DNA of 64,000 nucleotides, from contig NC_135251.1 in the NCBI RefSeq assembly GCF_964204865.1, forward strand, positions 23,684,001-23,748,000. The letters are read 5' to 3'. This stretch comes from Styela clava (taxonomy: Eukaryota). The notes beneath the pieces are model-generated. The model saw only the letters and a list, made by a program, of their open reading frames with translations, ran no database searches and was not told the origin of the DNA. The position numbers and the translations under genes are program-made. Positions 54,201 to 64,000 of this stretch are shown in pieces; positions within the stretch are counted from its first letter, which is position 1; each line of letters starts with the position of its first letter.

Positions 54201-55103
54201 TTATGGGGTGAGATGAAGTTTTTTATTTATTTAATTAAATAATACTTTATTTACGTGGCTATCTGGCTTTAATAATCATCCATGCTTTTTATTTATGAAG
54301 GTTCAAAGTAGAGTTTATATATACCAGATGTGAAGACAATGATATAAAACTTGATCAAGTGTCAATTTATACACACTAAATACCATTAAATTTTCAGATC
54401 GTTATGTCCGGTATTTATTTTTTCTTAGATTCTGGAGAAATTAAAACAAGAGAAAAGTAGACTTGATGAAATGGTATTTTCAAAAAATTCACCCAAAAAA
54501 GAATCTGTGCCAAGGAAACAAAAACTGAAAAATCCGTTTCGGTGGATCCGATCAAAAGTTTCCTCAAATTTGCATAAAAAGGACGATGACCATTCAAAGA
54601 TTCTACTCTTATCATCACTGAAAAAATTGGAATTGAGAATGGAATTGGAAGAAAATCGACTCCAAAAGCGTAGAAAACTTGTATCACAAATTGAAGAAGA
54701 AGAGCGCAAAAGGAAATCGGAAGCTCGTATAGAAATATTAAACCTGAAGAGATGCATTGTGGAAAACACGAAACGGGGAATGAAACTCCGAAAACTTATT
54801 ATAAACAGCAAACACAAGGATGACTCAGGAATCCACTGCCATGATTGTATATTCAATCTACATGCAAGCATTTGGAAAGACTCAATCCCTGTTTTTGAAA
54901 ATCCAATTCTAACTGAAATTGATGGATTTCTACCTTGCTGCCCCACAGTGATGGTAATTAATATGAAGTATGAAAATCTAGAACTTGACAACAATGACAT
55001 TGAAATTGATCTAAAACTAGACAGAGTGAAAAAATTGCAAAAAGAAATTCAACACGGATTATTCAGAAAAACCTATTTACATCAAGGACGATTTACTTTA
55101 TGA
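51255..55103 (+). CDS. Orphan tandem gene copy 3, ~965 aa
   Basis: Exons 51255-53249, 53771-53881, 54091-54207, 54429-55103, with an intact frame. Confidence 0.85.
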
Positions 55104-56070
55104 ATGTATGAAACAAATTTATTAATATTCTACTACAAATTGTTTTACGTTTTCGCGAAACAAGTACGTATGCCAATACCTTTGTTGCATATTTTTTTTT
55201 GTTATTATTGTTTGTGAAGTATGTTATCGCCTCATTTTGGCTCAATTTTGTGTGATTGATAATATACTCCCACATCCTATTTCAGTTGGTTGTTGTTGTG
55301 TTTATTTTAGAATGAACTGACACATGTCGCTAAATGGAGTGCGTCCCCAAACACGCGTGTACTGTATAGGCATGTTTCATCAAGTATAGTCTACTCTACA
55401 AAACCGCTGAGATCGCATACCAAAGTTGCACCGACATTTTTTCATTTCATGATTCCCTCCTAAATATGTATGACCAGACTAACAAAGTGTGCTTTGAATA
55501 CATACGCAAACGAGAGTACCTCATGCCCAGTGGTGAGATTCAGCCGGTTCGTACCAGTTCTAAAGAATCGTCTCACGGAATTTTACGAGATGGGTTAGCT
55601 TTACCGATAACTGTCAATGTTCTGTTTGAATCCCACCACTGCTCATGCCTACCAGTTTGTGAACATGAAACACTACAGAAAACGGTATGAACAAATATTC
55701 TCTTTGGATAAAAAAAAAATATATCGCTCGCGCGACTTAAGTTACCTATTGGCGCTATCGTGTCTTATTGCTGTGCATGTGTGTGATTCGTTCACATGAC
55801 TATAGAAGTTAAGACTTTGTTGTTCCGCAGCTGAGTTTGGGACTTTAATGACTCATTGTTACAGGGAGTGATCTCATTAGCGGACACACATGAACAACTT
55901 CTTACAATTTAACTCGAGATGGTGGAAAACTTAAAATGTAGAAGATTTATGCCTGTATTTATTTCGGAATTTATGTCGCGCTCAAAACAATTTTTGTAAT
56001 AAAAGAGCAGAACTGTATAGCATATATATTGAGAAAACTCTGTTTGATTTTATTCTCAGATTTCCACGAT

Positions 56071-58114
56071 ACACAGAATACAAATCTTAAAACATTTATC
56101 CACACTCGCTTTGAATGGTTTACATCGTACGGATGGGAACTTAGATATAATTATTTCAATCAGTGCCAAAGGTCTTGAGAATATAAATTTTAATTTAATA
56201 ATGACTGGGTGGAACATGTTATGTTTCTTAAACTGGTGTAATTTGATTCCTACGAAAGTCTTTGTTCGAATTTTGGGAAAAATTAACTTTGTTTTGATGA
56301 TTTCAACATGAAATGGGGTACATTTGGAGGTTAGTTGCTATATTATCTCCCCATCTTACTAACTGGAAGTTTAAAGATTTGGCACCCTCTAATAAATTGA
56401 AAATATATAGTAAAATACAATACACAATGCTAAAATTAATGATATATATATATAGGTCAAAAAAATATTTACATGTATATGATCTACAATGAGACAAGAC
56501 ATTGGAGTAAAGAAAAGTTTATAGAAAGGGTAAAGGTTGTAAAGTAGAATTACAGAAGGATGGCGTGTTTTTATTTTAAAAATTTTGGTTTGGACGGTTA
56601 AAACAATTTTCAATTCAATGTATTTCTCTAAGTTAAAATACTTATACTCGCTTTATCGCATTGTTACGATTTTGTCGACCTAGTTGGTCAATATATGCTT
56701 GTCCCATGTCGGGAAGAATAAGCGCGTTGAGACCTAGTTGGTCTATATATTTGTCCCATGTCGGGATGAAAAAAACGCGTTGCGACCTAGTTGGTCTATA
56801 TATGCTTGTCCCATGTCGGGAAGAAAAAACGCATTTTTAAGTTTATGCCATCTCAGGGCTTTTTTGAAAAAATAACGCTTTTGGATACAATTTTTGTTTA
56901 ACGAGCTTATTATTTAACCGTTCTATATGACGGCTTTGTAAATAATTAAAAGTATGACTCGCTCGAATCTACTTTTTAGAAAGCATTTTAATTCTAACGA
57001 AATCTATTTAATCGAAAAGAAATTCTAACCACAAATATTCAATAATATAAATCTCTTGAAAGGTATTTGAAATTAGAATATTCAAAGTTGTTACCATTAA
57101 TTAATTTATAAAAAATTGAGAACCGAATGAAACGCCATGTATATATAAGAAGAAAAAGAAGTACTTTACCTTAGTAATAGTGGAAGAATGAAAAATGTCT
57201 GTCTCAATGAGAAGAAAAACCTGCAAATCATGAAACAAATGGTAGTATAACATGGTCCTGATCTGTATATCCATTAGGTATGCGCGAAAATTCCTCTCTA
57301 TTGTTCGGAATAGAGCGCGTAATTTACAGTAAAACAGTCCATGTATATAGTTCATTGTTTTCAACAGTTCGTTTTTTGATTAGGTTTTTCACCTCGAACA
57401 TATATCATTTTCTAAAAAAGTTCATTTCGATCGATGTTCAAAACAGTCCATATTCATGATTTTAACGTTTCCAGAGTCCGTTACCATAGTTCAACTGTTT
57501 TCAATTGAGATTATTGTCTTCTCATAATGTTTTTGATTATTTCGGCTTGTCAGTAATTCGCTACTTCAATCGTTGTTCCAGGCAATTTGAATCTCCCCGA
57601 CGTTCGTAAGTTGGTCGAATTTGATTTTTGCACGTTTTGTATAGACGGTTTCTCGGCAATTGTTGAAAGCTTTCGCTTGGACAGCTTTTTTGGTTGATTC
57701 CGTCCAATTGTTGCTTGTCCTGATTGTTGTCCGTACTTGTGGTTGAAATCCGTTGATCTGGTTCGTTTCAGAAGGTTAATTCAAGTCGGTTTTGTCACCA
57801 TTTATAACATATATGGTTGTTAGATGAATGTGATGTTACCGTATATTGCTATTTCGTAGATTGTCTCTGACTTGCAAGTCACCCGTTCACCCTTCAGCTT
57901 CAACGCCCACGTGAATGAAGATGCGTTAAAAATCTCTATGTGTTTTTATTCGTAAATTTCCACAACACACAGAATACAAATCTTAAAACATTTATCCACA
58001 CTCGCTTTGAATGGTTTACATCGTACGGATGGGAACTTAGATATAATTATTTCAATCAGTGCCAAAGGTCTTGAGAATATAAATTTTAATTTAATAATGA
58101 CTGGGTGGAACATG
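56071..58114 (+). repeat. 148-bp apparently identical direct repeats (56071-56218, 57967-58114) flanking ~1.75 kb
   Basis: ACACAGAATACAAATCTT...GACTGGGTGGAACATG occurs twice. Confidence 0.9.
56677..56832 (+). repeat. Minisatellite, ~54 bp x 3
   Basis: GACCTAGTTGGTC..TATAT..TTGTCCCATGTCGGGA at 56677, 56731 and 56784. Confidence 0.9.
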
Positions 58115-58893
58115 GGTGGAACAGCAATATAAACCATGGTTCGTAATTTCAACCTAGGTTTGTGATATTAGGGCTAGCACAATTCGCGTCAGTGTGGCAA
58201 GTTTTTGAAATTGACCAACATTAAATGATTGAATCAAAGAAGCACTATTTACTTTTCTTTGTACACGCCCGAAATTTTGTCAAATATGACTGATGGTCTT
58301 GTCTCTGGTACCACACTCTTTTTAATTAAACATCTTAGCGTACCCGTGAATTGACTTTTCGCGCTTCATTTCAAATTTAACATATTGCTGCTAAGTTCAT
58401 AAAACAATCCTTAATCGTTATTTATCAAAAATACATTTCATTTTATGTACCGCTAGTAAATAGGATGTGCTGAGTTGTTTTAAACCATTAACCAATCACC
58501 GCAGGCTTAAACATACATATGAGAGAAAATTTGCGAAGAACTGAAAATGAACCCCAGAATTTGACGAAAACGTATACCTACTATATGCTCGGTCAGTCGC
58601 GTACTTGTAACACTCAGTGACGCACAAAGTGTATAATTTGCTGTTGGTGACATTAGCAAGGTTGAAGAGTTCCAACGAGTTTACGATATAAAAATATACT
58701 GTTGAGAGTCTCCTTGCCCCGAGCAACGCGATGGAGGTGTATGGATACATCAATGACTTGATTTATATATATTATTTATAGATTTAGAGCAAGATATGAG
58801 ATAATTTTATGTAACTTGACTAGCGAAATCAAATTATAAAACCAGCATTTTTCAAAAATTTCCTATTTCATAACGACAGTTTCAAGAAAGAGT

Positions 58894-61800
58894 ATGAATC
58901 CCGACTACAGTGCAACGAATCATGCTTTTGATTCCGTGAGTAATAATATACTTTTTTTATGAGACCCAAATCAAATTTTGTAGATTTCATTTCTTTGATA
59001 CAGCCTGTTGAGAAATTGAAAACTTATTATAATTAACAAGCTACAGTAGGCACAATTATCGGCGCCCCGTAGTATGTGAACCAAGATGGCGGACGTAGTT
59101 TGTGTACCAGGTTAGGGTTAGGAATTAATTTTATTCTAATTTTAGTTCTATTAAGAGTTCGGGCACTAGCCAAGTGACACCCGTAGTATTTGTACTCGAA
59201 ATTATGGCCTAACCCTAACCTGGTACACATAATACGTTCCGGTGTCCGCCATCTTGATTTACATACTACATGAGTACCCAATTATACCATTTGTATTTTC
59301 TCAGGAGGAAAGTCCAGCAGCAGACACGAATGGAAAAGTGGATGACATCAATATTCAACCCGAGGTTTTTCAATCCATTAACGAAAGCAAATCATTGCCA
59401 GAGAAGAATGAATTGGGATTATTATATAAATTAGAAGATAGACCTGCTTGGCACTTATCGGCTTTTCTAGGAATTCAGGTAGATTTTGATGTTTATTTTC
59501 AACAGATCTTTTGCGATTCCAGCGACTCTACTGTTTTTGGAAAAGAAAAGAAATTCAGCCCTATTCGCTATGTCGGAAGACCTATTTTATCAACATGTCT
59601 TATTTATACACTGCAAACGTTTCCACTTGTCAGCGAAAGTGTTGCGCTAGTTTTTTCGCGCAGCTTACGACTTTTATAATTCTCTTTTTTCTATAGTTAT
59701 TTCCTTGTAAAATAAGACTTTTTGGCGCGCTAATGCTATATTTAGAGTTATCGGTATCCTTACTGATTTTAATCGGAAGCCTGCGGTCTTGTATTGATTC
59801 TCATGTAACTACGATGGATTCATCTCATATTCTCTCTTTGTAAAATGGTAATTAAATTAACCTTTTTCTATTTCGAAGTAACGCATTACGAGCATAATTG
59901 ACTTGCAAGTTAATTACAGAAATATAAAGTTTTAAATAACGGGTTATCGACTTATACTAGGTTTATTCACTAATTTCACTAAAAAGACTTAAAATGTCAT
60001 GTAATCATAAAAGTCACATAAAATAAACAATGAACTATGATCAGAATTAAGTGGCGGTTGAAGTAGTTAAATGTTCGTCATATTTCTTTGAGAAGGCCTT
60101 TATGAAAATATATTCGTTATTTCTCAAACTGTTTGGTAATTTATAATTATTTGGAAATTTATTACGCGTTATAACATTTGTTATAACTAGTCATTGCAAA
60201 CGAGTTTATATATTGTATAATAGTATATTTTTGTATTCCCATCTACTCTAAGTGAGCCTAATGATGAATACCCGACGTTGAGTCAAACTCGATGTTACTA
60301 TCGAAACCCAACAAGTTCGTTATCATGTTTTAAATTCTTGAAAATGGCTTGAAATACGAACGGGATTATCAATCTTGTCAGTTATGCATTGAATTGCCTC
60401 GCGCAATTTTCTCCAATATTTGTTTTTATGAGTTCAAATAAAACGACAAAAGTTGATTGATGGAATATTTTGTGTAATTTTTTGTTGAGGCAGACGAAAG
60501 AATACACGGTAGCGGGCTCGGGATTTCTGAGTAAACTTTCTAATTGAAAAGAATCCTTTAAACTTGCGGCAGCGGTTTTGTAAAATGTTTACCTCCTTTG
60601 TTTCTTTGTTCCGACAAAGATTAATCTTTATTTTGAACCTGAAAAGGACAAAGGTGTGGTTGCTTTACGATTTTTATAGCTAGAATAAACTGTGTAAACC
60701 GCCGAAAAATACCTAAAAGTACACAATTAAAATACACGTCTATTTATCTGCGATCGATCTCCACAAAAATTTCAATTAAATTCTGACAGCTTCCCATTAC
60801 TTCCAAATTTCATATTATATGTATCATATTTTCTTATGTCACTGACTCTGCGACTTTAAGAATTCTTGGCAGACCTGGGTTCACATGAAAAAAACTGTTA
60901 TAGCTCATTGTTTTCAAAAAAAGAATAGAATGCTTCATATTCATCCCGGGAAAGACGGTTATTTCATATGGAAAACCACGACTTATTTTTCTAGAACCCG
61001 TCCACCACGGGTATGGGGATAGGTATATTTGTTAACTGTTATTGCCGTAACCGATCAGTGCTTGCACTTCCCTTCGGAAGTGCGGAGTTCAGCAATTATT
61101 TACGACATAATTATAATTATCGATCGCGGGATTCGGACCTGTGAACACATTAAAGATCATCTGTGATAGCAAGCGCATGAGTCGGGCTATTCCAAGTGAC
61201 ACTACAGGACAATTCCAGAAATTTTTCATGTTGTTAGATGCAATATATTTTTACATTTTCAGCTACATGTTTTGTTTCATTGTCCAATCAGTTGCTTTAT
61301 TGAATATGGAAAAATTGCACAAAAGTTACACCCAAGACATACTTAGTGGATATAAAAAAAATATAGTGAAATATAGCGTGACACTACAGGACGGCAAATC
61401 CACCATGCATTAACGTTACATTGTGTTGTGCTGTAAATTTTTGCGATGGTACAGCAGGAGCCCATAATATTTTCTGGTGCAGTAGCTAAGGACCCCTCTA
61501 TGTGTTGCTCAATTCACCTAATGTAACACTGTAAATCCATGCCAATAATGTGCCTATTGTATGTGACACCACAGGACATTTTTCCACTTCGGCCTCTATC
61601 ATCTCTCATTCTGGTAATAAATCGTTAAATGGGTGCAGAAATATCCTACAGCACTGCAAACATTTAAACTTTATTAACTTAAATTCAGTGAGTCCATTTC
61701 ATATGAAATAACTGTATCACACAATCTAACACTTTGTGTCACGAATCATCACAAAATATGTCAATTATACCAATATTTCTACATTTTAGGCCATTTTTTA

Positions 61801-63814
61801 AAAACCATCAAAAACCTGGGTGAAATTTTAACTTTTTCGGTAAAAGGAATCCAGTCCAATAAAATTCCAATGTCGTTTGATATAAAAAATACATAAAAAT
61901 TACTTTCACTACACTTTTAAAAAAGTTGATGAAATTCAACTTTTGCTTGGAATGGCCCATTCATAGCACATAACATAGTACGCAAACCTTCTAGTCACGC
62001 AGTTTCACGTTTTTTTTTAATAAACGAACCGTTATTTACAATATTATTATTTCTATAGCATTGTTTCCTTGCAATAGGAGGACTTATAGGAATGCCCCTA
62101 CTTTTGGCACCGAGAATGTGCATGACCGATACTGCAGTGGGATATCTCGGTAGAGCAATGGTGTTGAATAGTTTATTCTTCATTGCGGGAATCTTAACCT
62201 TTCTACAAACAACATTTGGGACAAGGTATGAACGTATGGATATATGAAAATGCTCTTAAGAATTGGAATAATGAAATTAATCTAATTTATTATTTATACA
62301 AGATTTAAACGGTAATTTCAAGCTCAATTGAACTCCAATTTTGATGCCCAAAAAAACAAGATTATATTTTATACCTGGATCGAAAAAAGATTCGTTTAAT
62401 TGAGAGTGAATTAAATTAACAATAATTCAAATTTATTTCCCTTCGGAACGGATCATAAGTCCGAACTGAGATTTTCGATTTGAACTGCTAAACAATGTCT
62501 TACTTATATTATCGCCAGGTTACCGATTCTGCAAGGTGGGTCGTTCACTTTTTTGCCGTCAACACTCGCTATCCTTGCACTTCCTCACAATACGTGTCCT
62601 CTGGGTCCAGTCAATCCAAATATAACAAATGGAAGTTTTCTTTATAACGATACGGACGGTATGTTGGTCGATGGTACAGAGCTGTGGCAAAGAAGAATGA
62701 GAGAGGTCAGTGTCCATCAATATTTATTTGGGGTAGTTATACAAAATGTATATATAATATGGTACTACGCGTTGCAAAAGGTGCGGTTATAGTGCTGCTA
62801 GTTCATCTAGCACCGATTTTTGGAATCGTATTCATAAATTTAAACGTTAGATTTTGATGCATAAGACGTTCAACTAAATGCATAGGCCCACAGCAATGGC
62901 TCTTATATAAGAGAATATTTCGAAAGCAATGATGTACTCTCATAATAAAAATGCACGCGAATTTGATATTTTAGTCCAAGTGTAACCGTATCCAAACATT
63001 CGTTTCGGCCCTCTCGTTTATAGCCTGATTTTGGCTTTAAATGCATGTTAGGAACGGATCGGTCTTCACAATAGCACAGTGTCTCACAACGTACGAAAAT
63101 ATTGCTCTAAAATCTTTTAATACCACACGTTCAACCGGTTACCTAATTTAACAACCCGAAATAACCTCGTTAACCTTTTTTATACACAAATATAACCGTG
63201 CCAATTCCAGAACAATGCTTTGGTCGCTATGTTAACATTGAACGTTAATGAGGGTTTGTTTAAATTACAAAAAACATTCAGAATGAGGTGTGTATGACTA
63301 TAAAATTAATCTTTAATCGTTTGTATACCATGTTATTTTTTAAATTGCCACGGGTCACCCTTGGCTTTGCTTGTACAACTCGATAGCAAAGTTGTTGATA
63401 ATAACATTAACTAAGAAAATGGGGATATCAAGTGAGACAGCAAATAATCGGCGTGATGTTGAGAATATTTATATTTATCAATAGCAAAACAAAACGTCAG
63501 CGTAGAAATGTATTTTTTTTTTGATTGAAGTCGGCTTCGTGTCACAGTCCACAGTGCTGAATTTATACCACTGTAGAAGTATACCAAATCGGACCTAAAT
63601 GCCGAAAACTAATATATCCAAAATATTCCCAGATTCAAGGTGCAATAGCAGTTGCGTCCGTTGTGGAGTTCGTTCTTGCAATAACTGGAGCCATCGGATT
63701 TCTCATGAGATTCATTGGGCCCCTCACTGTTGCACCATCAATCGCTCTCATAGGTCTATCCCTATTTAATGCTGCGTCATACAACGCTTCAGGACAATGG
63801 GGAATTGCAGTTTT
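58894..63814 (+). CDS. SLC23A: SLC23A1/2-like (SVCT / nucleobase-ascorbate transporter), first 5 coding exons; continues beyond the window
   Basis: Exons 58894-58935, 59305-59478, 62059-62225, 62519-62705, 63633-63814. They encode LLYKLEDRPAWHLSAFLGIQH, TFLQTTFGTRLPILQGGSFTF, WQRRMREIQGAIAVAS and LMRFIGPLTVAPSIALIGLSLF. Confidence 0.93.
59061..59278. mobile_element. MITE in SLC23A intron 1 (GG...CC termini, ~8-bp TSD)
   Basis: Inverted arms CGTAGTATGTGAACCAAGATGGCGGAC...GTGTACCAGGTTAGGGTTAGG / CCTAACCCTAACCTGGTACAC...GTCCGCCATCTTG, with TSD CAATTATC / CAATTATA. Confidence 0.85.
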
Positions 63815-64000
63815 GTGAGTAAAATTTGTATTCTATGTGTGGTTTTATGTGATTTTATTGTAATCAAGGAATCAATATTACATTTAATCAAAATAAATAG
63901 TATCACTATAGGTAATGTATTTCGAGGTAAATTTTATTTTTATGTTTTGTTAATATGCTCGTATTAATGAGCTTCAGTTTTTTGAGTAAAATTTCTAAGG

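Larger units (their letters stand above)
38680..55390 (+). repeat. Tandem triplication, unit ~5.78 kb
   Basis: ATGs at 39700, 45473 and 51255 (spacing 5773 and 5782). The two internal spacers are nearly identical and the outer flanks are homologous but diverged. Confidence 0.97.

Noticed and set aside
57089-57809. Possible solo LTR (TGTTA...TAACA)
   Set aside because: No matching TSD and no gag/pol remnant recognised.

Overview
AT-rich, intron-containing animal genomic DNA. Short introns, compact genes, a tRNA-SINE and many MITEs suggest an invertebrate chordate such as an ascidian (inference). Recognisable spliced genes are RMND1 (+), MRPL18 (-, tail-to-tail with RMND1), a SOCS7-like SH2/SOCS-box gene (-) and the 5' part of an SLC23A (SVCT/NAT) transporter (+). 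There are two unassigned coding systems. One is a ~1850-aa, largely disordered protein with a 47-aa tandem repeat and short motifs typical of nuclear RNA-processing factors (-, 1.3-10.1 kb). The other is a three-copy ~5.78-kb tandem array of a 4-exon ~967-aa orphan gene (39.7-55.1 kb): copy 1 is frameshifted, copy 2 is a mosaic of copies 1 and 3, and each copy has a perfect CRE upstream. This array is the best candidate for an undescribed system, but its function cannot be read from the sequence. Mobile DNA includes a 5'-truncated L1/Tx1-type LINE, several tRNA-SINE copies (one split), a hAT derivative with a transposase remnant, Helentron/DINE-like elements, and three GG...CC-terminated inverted-repeat elements with ~8-bp target-site duplications. 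Decayed GPCR-like and death-fold-like remnants are also seen. No rRNA, genuine tRNA or CRISPR array was found. All gene models were assembled by eye.
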